This document shows positions 1-21,198 of a stretch of DNA of 64,000 nt, one piece after another. The stretch is from assembly GCF_009914755.1 (NCBI RefSeq), contig NC_060937.1; one strand, given 5' to 3'. The DNA comes from the human T2T-CHM13v2.0 reference genome, Homo sapiens. Position 1 is the stretch's first letter, and each line of letters begins with the position of its first letter. The translations under genes were made by a program, and so were the position numbers. The notes under the pieces are model-generated. The model saw nothing but the letters and a program-made list of their open reading frames with translations, was not told the DNA's origin and made no database searches.

Positions 1-1039
1 TTCTAATCCCCTTTTTACTGATGAGGTACTTTTCCTGATCCTGAATTTATGCAGGGGGTTTAGTTCCAACTCCTGTATTTCATAGGCCCAAGGCCATGTC
101 TCCAGTCTCTAGCACTTCATTTTATCTTAAAACCTAAACCTTCAAACTCAGGTATTTACAAAACTCTGATATCCACTACACCATTGGTCTCAGCTTACCT
201 CTTTGGTTCCTATCTCCTTCCTAGCCTTGAGTCTTTGAGTATTTTGTATTTTGTCAGCTTTATTATGCATTTTTAAAGGGTCTGCACTAACACATTTGCT
301 TCATGGTGCTGCTGTGAAATTAAATGAAATAATACACATACAATATTTGCTTACTGCCTGAATTATATGCAAATCTAGAGGCTTGGGTTTTAAAAACACT
401 GGACTGAAAAAAAAAAGGAAAAAAGCATTTGGTGTGTCCTACTAGTGACAAGAAATGGTCTAAGGTTTCTATTCTACTCCCTTGAAAAGTCATCTTATAC
501 TCTCCTGCATATTGAGTGCACAATAGACATTCAATTAGATGAAAAGAATTATCTCCCTGATTTTTCTATATGTTCATGGTTTTATACAGAATCAGTTGTA
601 AATAGGTATGTAGAAATATCAGGTAAAGAGTTTCATTTCCTGATAGTCCATGGACTTTGGAAACCTTTGTAAGAAAGAGACTTTCACGAACAATAGGGAT
701 ATTTCTTTGCCCCTTCTTTTTTCAATCTAATTTTCTTTCCATTGAAAGCAGCTGTGTTTTTCTCACTCTGACAATTCAGAAATCAGGATAACTCATTCTT
801 CATAAATGCTTTAGAATATTCTGGCAGAAGCTGCTTCTGACAGTTGGCTGCTAAATGTTCAATGGTGCTTGATTATACAGAAGGTTAAAAAGACCAGTGT
901 GATTATTTCTTTCTCTGTAAAACTGTCCCTTGTCTTATTACAAAACCGCTAATTCTCCCAGCAACCAGAGATTGTCTAAATAAACTGGAGCAGACGCAGA
1001 ATTATATAACAAGGGCAAATTATTTTTTTTTCCTGGAGA

Positions 1040-2310
1040 GGGGGTGACATAAAAAAAACAGGTTTATTAAGATATCATTCTTAAGCTACACAAGTCATAC
1101 GCTTGAAGTGTACAACACAGTGGTTTTTAGTATAGTCACAGATATGTGATGTCACTATCCCCACAGTCAATTTGTAGAACATTTTCATCACCTCAATAAG
1201 AAACTGTACACTTTAATAATCACCCCTGCTATGGTTTGAATGTGTCTCCTCCAAAATTCAGGTATTGTCAATGTGATAGTATTAAGAGGTGATCATGCCA
1301 TGAAGGCTCCTCCCTCATGAATGGGATTAGGTGCTCCTACAAAAGGGCTTGATGGAGGGAGTTCATCCCTTTTTGCCCTTCCACCTTCTACCATGTTAGA
1401 ACATGGTGTTTCTCCCTTCCAAAGGATGAAATATTCAAGGCATCATCTTGCAGATGATGCCTTGTAGAGACTGACCCCTCACCAGAAAATAAACCAAGTG
1501 GTGTTTTGATCTTGAACTTCCCAGACTGAAGAACTATGAGAAATCAATTTATGTTCTTTATAAATTATCCAGAATCAGATATTTTGTTATAGCAACACAG
1601 ACACAGACAACCACCTACCTCGTACTCCTCTCACTCTAGCCCTAAGCAGCCACTAATCTACTTTCTGTCTCTATAGATTTCTAGGGTTTGGACTTTCATG
1701 TGAATGTAATTATATAATATGTTGTCTTTTGTGATTGGCTTCTTTTGTTTAACATAATGTTTTCAAGGTTCATTCATGTTGTAGCATTTATCAGTACTTC
1801 GTTCCTGTTTATGGCCAAATAATATTCCATTTTGTGAATATACCACATTTTACTCATCCATTCATCAGTTGATGGATATTTGGGTTGTTTCTACCTTTTG
1901 ACTGTTGTGAATGATGCTGCTGTAAACATTCGTATACTAGTTTTTGTGTGGCCATATTTCATTTCTCTTGGGGATATATCTAGAAGTGCAATAGCTGGGT
2001 CTTTTTGTAACTGCATGTTTAATGATTTGAGCAGTTAATCACCAGACTATTTTCCAAAGTGGCAGTACCATTTTACATTTCCATCAGTAGCATGTGAAGT
2101 TTCCAATTTCTCCGTGTCCTTGCCAACACTTATTATTATTGTACTTTTAAAATTCTAACCATCCTAGTGGTTGTGAAGTAGTATCTCATTGTGCTTTTGA
2201 TTAGCATCATCCTGATAACTAATGATTTTGAGTATCTTTTCACGTGATTGTTGGTCATTTGTAAATCTTATTTGGGGACATGTCTATTCAGATCCTATAC
2301 CCATTTTTTA
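1040..2310 (-). mobile_element. Old L1 (L1MB-type) 3' fragment, interrupted by an MST LTR
   Basis: Reverse-strand L1M 3' UTR and ORF2-end motifs, e.g. 'gaagtgtacaacacagtggtttttagtatag', 'ctaatctactttctgtctctatagattt' and 'gtggcagtaccattttacatttcc'. Confidence 0.8.
1227..1609 (+). mobile_element. MST-family (MSTC-like) MaLR solo LTR
   Basis: Starts TGCTATGGTTTGAATGTGTC and ends ...gttatagcaacacagacacagaCA. Degenerate 5-bp TSD acccc (1222-1226) / accac (1610-1614). Confidence 0.85.
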
Positions 2311-3379
2311 ATTGGAAAAAATTTTCTAATAATTTTTAATTGATGATTTTTAATAAAACCTAACAAACAACATGTATATCATATTTAATAATCTCTTTAA
2401 GAAACTTCCTTGAATAAAAAAGAATAAAAAGTATCTGAAATTGGAACTTTTGTAAAACTCAGGTCATTACATAGATCATTCAACAAAAACAACTTAATGA
2501 TTATACATTGCTGGTTACCTTTTTCCTCTATTTTAGTGTTCCTCAAGGTCTCCTCCAGTAGGATCTGCATAACTTAATAAACATTATTTCTTTAGATATT
2601 GTATTTGACTGCCACATTTTTTTTCTTGCAAATTATCACTCTAGTTGGGGGGTGTCTTTTCAGGTTTTCACTTATCTATTCTCCTGTCAGCTGTTTAAGA
2701 ATAACTCAGAGGTAATGAGAAAGGTGTTTCAGTTTTTTTCAAGCAGTATTTCAGCCCTCTGGCCAGAAATTTTCTTGCCTTACTATTGACAGAAGCCTAT
2801 TAACCTATGGTAACCAGAGGCCATTGATGTCTAACACTGGGTCTCTGTGATTCTAATCCCACGTGGGTAAAATAGAGCAATCTTTCTCATATCCCATAAT
2901 GGTAAGTGCTGCCATTGATCTTACCCATTTCATTTCTATGTGAATGGTAATCATAAGCCTTGGAATTTTTGGTAAAGTTTTAATTTCAAGAAGTTGATCA
3001 TTTCTTAAATGTATAAGTGAGACAGTTTGCATAATGTTTAAAAACCTTCATATAAATAAATTCATAATTTTAAAAACTCCCTCTTTTTTTTCTGACCTTG
3101 TATCTTGATTGGTGTCTCTGAATATGTAAACTATCTTAGGAAAAACACTAAAAACCCAAGTCAAAATTGTGGCTTGTGGGGGCCCTTAGTAAATTAACTC
3201 CTTATCTACTTGTTTAAACTGATATTCTATGAAAATAAGTTTCATATTTACTTAAAGTCTAATGAAAAGCTGGTTTTCAATTAGTGAAAATTATACACAA
3301 TAGGGTAGTTTTAACAAGTATTTTAAGAATACATTTGAGATGATGTATGATGAAGATTAATTGGAACATCAGTTATAAT

Positions 3380-3780
3380 GTCAAAGCTTATAAACAACTA
3401 AAATGTACATCAGTGAGAGTTAATATATTAATTATCATTCTACCACACAATGCAATGCCTTATAAACCATTTAAAAAATATGAAATTCTGTATTTGTGAT
3501 ATGGAAAGTTTTCCAAGATGTTTTAAGGGAAAAAAATTACAAGGTGCAGAACAACATATATAGCATTTTCCCATTTATGTGGAATAATATTTCTGTGGAT
3601 AATTTTAGAAATGAATGGAATATCTCCTGAAGTTTATGAAAACTGGTTGTCTTTGAGGAGTGGAATGGTTTTTGAGGCACAGGGGAAAATGAGAGATTTT
3701 TCATTGTACGCCATATAGTGCATTTCTATCTTATATCATGTACATTAATCCTACTTAATATTCACAAATATTATAAATAA
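3380..3780 (+). mobile_element. Ancient L1ME-type 3' fragment
   Basis: Degenerate L1ME 3' motifs: 'aaacaactaaaatgtacatcagtg', 'gtgatatggaaagttttccaagatg', 'caaggtgcagaacaacatatatagc'. Confidence 0.5.
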
Positions 3781-5067
3781 ATGAAGCAAAATAAGGAATT
3801 TATCACATATTTTGTTACATGCTGTTTCCCATCATAATACAACTTATTGGGAGGCATTCTAATTCCTAAAATTTAGGTAATCACAAATAACTTTTTCCTT
3901 GTAAAATGGGCTTGACATCCATGATTACTTTTCAGAAATTCTGCTGAAACTGCTGACTTTGTATGACTATATGCTAGCTGACTTCAGAGAGTTTGGCGCT
4001 CTTGATCAAGAGCATATCTGCAAGGGCTTTAAAAAAATCTATTTCCATTCAATATAATTTCTATTTCTCTGGTTATTTTAGAAGTTGAATGAGAAAGCCT
4101 TTATTAACTGCCACCATATCCCTGATTTATTCCAGTAATGTCCAGTAATGTTTATTGACCTTTCAGAGTGGAGCACTTGGAACTTGCCCATCTGAGTTGC
4201 TTCTTAATCCTACTGTGGTTTCACACCAATGTAAGAGTTTTGCTAATGTTATATTACTTAAAACCAAATAGAAAATAAAATAAGAGTTTAAAACCTTATT
4301 TCAATTTTATCCCAGACAGAAGTTTGGACATTTGGGACCCCTTAATGATGGTGACAACTCTTTAAATCTATTGTTAAGATGTGAACATTTGAACTCTCAT
4401 TAAAGATAGAATTTAAATGAAAAGAGAAAAAGAACTAAAGTAGCAAAAGAGATGTTAAGAGAATTTATAAAAGGAAAGATATAGAGTTCTTTCTTCAAAT
4501 CTTCAAAATTTTGGTTTAGTGATATTATGCTCTTTCCAATTTAATTTCATTTTATTTGAATAATGCCTGTTATGAGTGTTGTTTATGATGATGATAAAAA
4601 TGATCTATAGTATAGAAAACACTCCATTATGTAGCTCTTATGACCAGACATTTTCCATTAAGTTTTAGATATATTATTTCTTCTTTTCTTTATGTATACT
4701 TTATTTATTTTTGAGTGCATATGGAAAATATAATCATTTTGCTTTGCTACAAATAAAATCTGATTTCTTCTGATTTTACATATAGTTTGTGTATGAATTA
4801 CATGAGAAAACTTCATTAAAACAACCTGACCTTACTAGCGAATGTCCTTTTATACCACTTTTGCCAGAAAATGGAGCCAAATTACTGAAACACCTCTAAA
4901 ATTTTGAAAAGCAAACAGAAGTTTAATTGGGAAAATTATGCCAATTCATTGTTATTTAATATTTTAGCAAGGGATTTTTTTCCAGTAATATCAATGAATC
5001 TTATACTCTAAAAGCTGCAATATAATCCATTTAACTTACAAAAACCTGGCTCTATAGTCCACCTATG

Positions 5068-5160
5068 AAGAGTGGAAAAGGGAAGAGTAATTTCAAGTGG
5101 ATAAATCTAACAAGCAATAACTCAATCAGACGACAAAGGTCAACATCAACCATGATAAGT
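5068..5160 (+). mobile_element. L1MC/MD-type 3' UTR, left piece (continues at 10866)
   Basis: 'gagtaatttcaagtggataaatctaacaag...aaggtcaacatcaaccatgataagt' resembles the L1MC/MD 3' UTR as I recall it. Confidence 0.6.
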
Positions 5161-5467
5161 AAATGACACCTTGTACAGCTGGGTACCCCTCTGAAAGGAA
5201 GCTTCCAGAGGAAGGATCAGGCAGCGATATTTGTTGTTCTGCAATATTTGCTGTTCTGCAGCCTTTGCTGGTGATACCCAGGCAAACAGGGTCTGGAGTG
5301 GAACTCCAGCAAACTCCAACAGATCTGCAGCTGAGGGTCCTGACTGTTAGAAGGAAAACTAACAAACAGAAAGGAATAGTATCAACATCAACAAAAAGGA
5401 CATCCACACCAAAACTCCATCTGTAGGTCATCATCATCAAAGAGCAAATGTAGATAAAACCACAAAG

Positions 5468-6493
5468 ATGGGGAGAAACCAGAGCAGAAAAGCTGAAAAT
5501 TCTAAAAACCAGAGTGCCTCTTCTCCTCCAAAGGAGCACAGCTCCTCACCAGAAATGGAACAAAGCTGGATGGAGAATGACTTTGATGAATTGACAGAAG
5601 TAGGCTTCAGAAGGTCGATAATAACAAACTTCTCCAAGCTAAAGAAGGATATTTGAACCCATTGCAAGGAAGCTAAAAACCTTGAAAAAAGATTAGACAA
5701 ATAGCTAACTAGAATAAACAGCATAGAGAAGACCTCAAATGACCTGAGGGAGCTGAAAACCATGGCACGAGAACTTTGTGTTACATGCACAAGCTTCAGT
5801 AGCCGATTCGATCAAGTGGAAGGAAAGGTATCAGTGATTGAAGATCAAATAAATGAGATGAAGCTAGAAGAAAAGTTTAGAGAAAAAAAAGTAAAAAGAA
5901 ATGAACAAAGTCTCCAAGAAATATGGGACTATGTGAAAAGACCAAATCTATGTTTGACTGGTGTACCTGAAAGTGACAGGAAGAATGGAACCGAGCTGGA
6001 AAACACTCTTCAGGATATTATCCAGGAGAACTTCCCCAACCTAGCAAGGCAGGCCAACATTCAAATTCAGGAAATACAGAGAACACTAACAAGATACTCC
6101 TTGAGAATAGCAACCCCAAGTCACATAATTGTCAGATTCACCAAGGTTGAAATGAAGGAAAAAGTGTTAAAGGCAGCCAGAGAGAAAGGTCAGGTTACCC
6201 ACAAAGGGAAGCCGATCAGACAAACAGCAGATCTCTTGGCGGAAACTCTACAAGCCAGAAGAGAGTGGCGGCCAATATTCAACATTCTTAAAGAAAAGAA
6301 TTTTCAACCCAGAATTTCATATCCAGTCAAACTGAGCTTCATAAGTGAAGGAGAAATAAAATCCTTTATGGGCAAGCAAATGCTGAGAGATTTTGTCACC
6401 ACCAGGCCTGTCTTACAAGAGCTCCTGAAGGAAGCACTAAACATGGAAAGGAACAACCAGTACCAGCCACTGCAAAAGCATGCCAAATCATAA
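5468..6493 (+). pseudogene. L1 ORF1p remnant (premature stops)
   Basis: MGRNQSRKAENSKN... stops at 5654-5656. The 243-aa C-terminal part (5762-6493) is open: ...[13 protein letters not shown]...FQPRISYP... Confidence 0.9.
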
Positions 6494-6556
6494 AGACCAT
6501 CAATGCTATGAAGAAACTGCATCAACTAAAGGGCAAAATAACCAGCTAACATCATA

Positions 6557-10359
<3,803 letters not shown>

Positions 10360-10574
10360 ACAATGGGAACACTTGGACACAGAGTGGGGAGCATCACACA
10401 CTGGGGCCTGTCGTGGGGTGGCAGGATGGGGGAGGGATTGCATTAGGAGAAATATCTAATGTAAATGATGAGTTATTGAGTGCAGCAAACCAACATGGCA
10501 CATGTATACATATGTAACAAACCTGCATGTTGTGCACATGTACCCTAGAACTTAAAGTATAATAATAAAAAAAA

Positions 10575-10863
10575 GATGATCCACGATGATCCACTTCCAC
10601 TTATTGAATAGTGAATATATTTTCTCTTCCTTATGATTTTATTAATAACATTTCCTTTTTTTCTAGTTTATTTTACCCTAAGAATACAGTAAATAACACA
10701 TACACAAAATATGTATTAATCAACTGTTCATGTTATTGGTAGAGCTTCAGGTTAACCGTAGGCTCTTTGTAATTAAGGTTTGGGGGAGTAAAAATTATAC
10801 TCAGATTTTTGACCACACAGGTGATTGGCACCCCTAACCTTTATGTTGTTCCAGGGTCAACTC
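10575..10863 (+). mobile_element. Tigger3 (Golem)-type DNA transposon, right-hand part only
   Basis: 'gatgatccacttccacttattgaatagtgaatatattttctcttccttatgattt...gttgttccagggtcaactc' followed by TA (10864-10865). Confidence 0.8.
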
Positions 10864-10865
10864 TA

Positions 10866-11135
10866 CATATAATGAAGTATCCTGAATGGAATCCTGAAAC
10901 AAAAAGGAAAAAACACATAAACAAAAAAACATTGTTTACTTTACTAAGGAAATTTATGTAAAACATAAACATTAATAAAAATGTATTAGTATTGATTTGT
11001 TAATTATAATGTGTCATACTGATGTAAGATGATAATAAGGGAAACTGAGTGTAGGAGATATAGGAATTCTCTGTACTATTTTCTCAATATTTCTAAATAC
11101 TAGAACCTTTCTAAAAAAATGTTTGTTTTAAAAAA
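10866..11135 (+). mobile_element. L1MC/MD-type 3' end, right piece
   Basis: 'tatcctgaatggaatcctgaaac...gatgtaagatgataataagggaaactgagtgtaggagatataggaattctctgtacta'. Confidence 0.65.
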
Positions 11136-11468
11136 TAGTTCACCAACACTTTAACAAATAATGTATTTCTGACATCTAGCAGGAAAAAATGAGTACTACT
11201 GACAGACCCTGTTGATATGAGCTTAATACATGGTGTAATAAAGGGCATTTAATATTACTGTTTTTCAGTTGGGATAAATAATAGGAAAAAATTAATAATA
11301 TGAGTGTTCATAGACCTCTTTCTTCTTCCTCCAAATCCAATACCCCATGGAAGAAAAGACAAAAGATAAAAGTTTGTGCAGGCCAATTCTCACTACAGAG
11401 GAAGTCAGAGCTGGAGAACAGGGCTGTCCAGGACCTGTTCATGGTGGGAATGGTGTGTGCATGCAGCT

Positions 11469-11472
<4 letters not shown>

Positions 11473-11510
<38 letters not shown>
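11473..11510. repeat. (GT)19 microsatellite
   Basis: Perfect GT dinucleotide run. Confidence 0.97.
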
Positions 11511-11512
<2 letters not shown>

Positions 11513-11608
11513 GGGGTGTTGAGTAGGACCAATTGAAAGGTGTTCTATAGCAAAAGGCAGCACAGAGAAAACTTGAGAGATCAGAATGGTAAGAAGGAGA
11601 AATTGAGC

Positions 11609-12059
11609 TCTGTAGGTGAAGGAGAGTGAGTAGTTCCCAGGAATTTCAGACATCTGAATAAATTAGAATTTTTAAAAATCTATTGACTCAGGGGTGGCTG
11701 GCAAGATGACTGAATAGGAACAGCTCCAGTCTGCAGCTCCCAGTGAGATCAATGCAGAAAGTGGGTGATTTCTGCATTTCCAACTGAGGTACCTGGATCA
11801 TCTCATTGGGACTGGTTAGACAGTGGGTGCAGCATCTGTAGGTGAAGGAGAGTGAGTAGTTCCCAGGAATTTCAGACATCTGAATAAATTAGAATTTTTA
11901 AAAATCTATTGACTCAGGGGTGGCTGGCAAGATGACTGAATAGGAACAGCTCCAGTCTGCAGCTCCCAGTGAGATCAATGCAGAAAGTGGGTGATTTCTG
12001 CATTTCCAACTGAGGTACCTGGATCATCTCATTGGGACTGGTTAGACAGTGGGTGCAGC
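11609..12059 (+). repeat. Tandem duplication, 2 x 225 bp (period 226)
   Basis: 11609-11833 matches 11835-12059 with no mismatch seen. The copies are separated by a single A (11834). Confidence 0.95.
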
Positions 12060-12308
12060 CCATGGAGGGCGAGCAGAAGCAGGGTGGGGTGTCGCCTCAC
12101 TCAGGAAGCTCAAGGGGTCAGGGAACTCCCTCCCCTCAGGGAAGCCATGAGGGTCTGTGCCATAAGAGATGGTGCTATCCAGCCCAGATACTATGCTTTT
12201 CCAATGGTCTTCACAACCGGCAGACAAGGAGATTCCCCTGGGTGCCTATATCACCAGGGCCCTGGGTTTCAAGCACAAAACTGGGTGGCCATTTGAGCAG
12301 ACACCTAG

Positions 12309-12563
12309 CTAGCTGCAGGAGGTTTTTTTTTTTTTTTTTTTTTTTTTGTACCCAGTAGCTCCTGGAATGCCAGTGAGACAGAACCATTCCCTCCCCTGGA
12401 AATGGGGCTGAAGCCAGGGAGCCAAGGGGTCTAGCTCAGCAGATCCCACCCCCATGGAGCCCAGCAAGCTAAGATCCACTGGCTTGAAATTCTTGCTGCC
12501 AGCACAGCAGTCTGAAGTTAACCTGGGATGCTCCAGCTTGGTTGGGGGAGGGGCGTCTGCCAT
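12309..12563 (-). other. ORF0-like antisense frame in the L1 5' UTR (84 aa)
   Basis: MADAPPPTKLEHPRLTSDCCAG... resembles primate L1 ORF0 (MAGAPPPASLPPCSLISDCCASN, recalled). Start context gtaATGG. Confidence 0.55.
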
Positions 12564-13236
12564 TACTGAGGCTTGAGTAGGCAGTTTCCCCCTCACAGTG
12601 TAAACAAAGCCACTGGGAAGTTTGGACTGGGTGGAGCCCACCACAGCTCTGCAAAGCCACTGTAGACAGACTACCTCTCCAGATTCTTTCTTTCCGGGCA
12701 GGGCATCTCTGAAAGAAAGGCAGCAGCCTCAGTCAGGGGCTTATAGATAAAACTCCCATCTCCCTAGAACAGAGCACCTGGGGGAACGGGAGGCCATGGG
12801 TACAGCTTCAGCAGACTTAAACATTCCTGCCTGCCAGCTTTGAAGAGAGCAGCAGATCTCCCAGCATGGAGCTCGAGCTCTGCTAAGGGACAGACTGCCT
12901 CCTCAAGTGGGTCCCAGCAGGGGTTGACAGACACCTCATACAGGAGAGCTCCAGCTGGCATCTGGCAGGTGCCCCTCTGGGATGAAGCTTCCAGAGGAAG
13001 GAGCAGGCAGCAATCTTTGCTGTTCTGCAGACTTCACTGGTGATACCCAGGCAAATACAGTCTGGAGTGGACCTCCAGCAAATTCCAACAGACCTATAGC
13101 AGAGGGGCCTGACTGTTAGAATGAAAACTAACAAAAAGAAAACAATAACATCAGCATCAACAAAAAGTATGCCCATGCAAAAACCCCATCTAAAGCTCAC
13201 CAACTTCAAAGACCAAAGGTAGATAAATCCATGAAG

Positions 13237-14600
<1,364 letters not shown>

Positions 14601-14663
14601 AGACGTTTGAGACTATGAAGAAACTGCATCAACTAACAGGCAAAATAACCAGCTAGCATCATA

Positions 14664-18517
<3,854 letters not shown>

Positions 18518-18736
18518 ACAATGAAAACACATGGACACAGGGAGGGGAACATCCCACACCAGTGCCTGTCGTTGGGTGGAAGGCTGGAGGAAGGACAGCA
18601 TTAGGAGAAATACCTAATGTAGATGATGGGTTGATGGGTGCAGCAAACCACCATGGCACATGTATACCTATGTAACAAACCTGCACGTTCTGCACATGTA
18701 TCCCAGTACTTAAAGTATAATAATTACAAAAAAATC

Positions 18737-19052
<316 letters not shown>

Positions 19053-19091
19053 TCACATAAGGGATTGAAAGAGAGTTAAAAGTAACGAATG

Positions 19092-19437
<346 letters not shown>

Positions 19438-21009
19438 TTAAATGCAATGTGCTCTGACACAGGACAATGTGGGTTTATGTATTTATAACCATTGTAATGT
19501 TACATACATACACATATATTTCTGTTTTAAATGCCATTTTAAAATAGAAAATAATCACATGACAACAATGTTGACAGAAAATAAAATGCTGCATAGAGTT
19601 CAATTGCATTCTCAAATGTAAATATATGTAGAATAGTTACAAAGTATAACAGAATAGTGAGGTGATATAATCTTCTTTAAAATGTATATTTAAGTATAAT
19701 AGCCATTATTTTCGTGTAGAATTTCTTTGAATAATCAGAATAATTTCTTTTCTAATTCCTTTACATATGATATCCATACACTAGTAACTAAATTCAGAAA
19801 TTTCCAAGGTCTACATTGCAACTCTGATTGGGTCTTCTTTCTGATAAAAGAAACACAACAAATATGGGTTTGAACTCTTACATTAAATGCTTAATTTTTC
19901 TTTAAAAAAAACCACACTTAATGTAAATTTGATATGTACTTATTTTGCTCACTAATAATCTCAATTTTTCTAGGATACCAAGATAAAATTCTTCTCATTT
20001 CTAATAAATTTTATAGTGATTTCTTCACTGCAGCTATTAATTCCCATAAAAGCACATACAATTATGATCACAGGAGAAAATGTAAGAAAACATTTCAAAG
20101 TACTCCAAGCAGATGGCTAATTATTGAGATATTATGTTGATAAAAGATGAATTATAAATCAAAAGTTGATAAGTAGTATAATACATGGAATACAAGGTTC
20201 ATTTATAAATACTCACCACTCAAACCCAGTACTATCTTTTTTTTGGATGCCACTCTATACTGCATAAAACACAAAGAAAGACAAGAAAAATAAAACAGGA
20301 ATGACACTTCCCTTAAGCAACTTACGTTACGCAATAAGGCATATACAAAACCAGTTGCAGTGTATAGTGACGATGATGTACAATATCAGAGGTGGGATAA
20401 ATTACTTTAGTAAAGATAAGCAATGCTTGAGTTAGACCTAAATGTAGTAGGACTTAAGTAGGATTTAAACTTGCAGCTTTGAAAAAGTAGGGATTTCTAG
20501 GCAGAGCTAACAACATAAGCAAGGCCATGAAGGAAGAAAAGTGTGGCAAATGCAGTAAATAATAAAACAACTGAAGTGTAACAAGGGAAGATATGTGCAT
20601 ATGATGAATAAGATAAGGAGGTCACTAAATCCATAGTTAAGTAGACATTCTATTGAATTGACTGATTCACCAATTGTCAGTCATTTATGCAAGCATTTCT
20701 TGACTGCCAACTTTATGCTGAATCACTGAGTATCCCTTGAGCCCTCAAGACATTGCCCAGCAAGCTGTTCCCAAAGTTTAGTTTATTTCTTCACAAAAGG
20801 TTTTGAGGGTGCATGAAAAGCTAATCAAGACAAAGTAAACAAAGATATTAACACTTCAAGGCTTCTTGCTGCCTTCTGTCTTCCCTAACATAACAGGCAG
20901 CTTGATTTGTTTGTCAGGGGTTTCCCTCCCAGGGAAGCAACACGATGAAACCCCAGGCCATACAAGGCGTGAACCAGCCTAGCTGACTGGAGCCTCTTTA
21001 TGTGTGGTA

Positions 21010-21198
21010 GGAGGCAATACAGCAACAGGCTTCAAGGCATGAGCTCTGAATTCAAGTTTGAGTTCAAATCCTGGCTGTCATTTACTAGCTGCATGGTCTT
21101 CAACATGTCAAGTAATGTCTGTGTCTGTTTCCTCATCTGTAATATAAATAAAGTGCTTAAAACAGTGTTTGAGACATGGTAAGTATTTAAATTATAGC
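21010..21198 (+). mobile_element. MIR fragment
   Basis: 'gagttcaaatcctggctgtcatttactagctg...tgtttcctcatctgtaa...aaagtgcttaaaacagtg'. Confidence 0.7.

Noticed and set aside
3998-4013. Perfect 16-bp palindrome GCTCTTGATCAAGAGC
   Set aside because: About one such palindrome is expected by chance in 64 kb, and there is no supporting context.
4131-4150. TCCAGTAATG x2
   Set aside because: Ordinary short slippage duplication.
5126-5539. 137-aa antisense ORF (with a similar 141-aa one at 12883-13308)
   Set aside because: Antisense frames of the L1 5' UTR/ORF1 junction that recur because the elements are homologous. Not ORF0 and no evidence of function.
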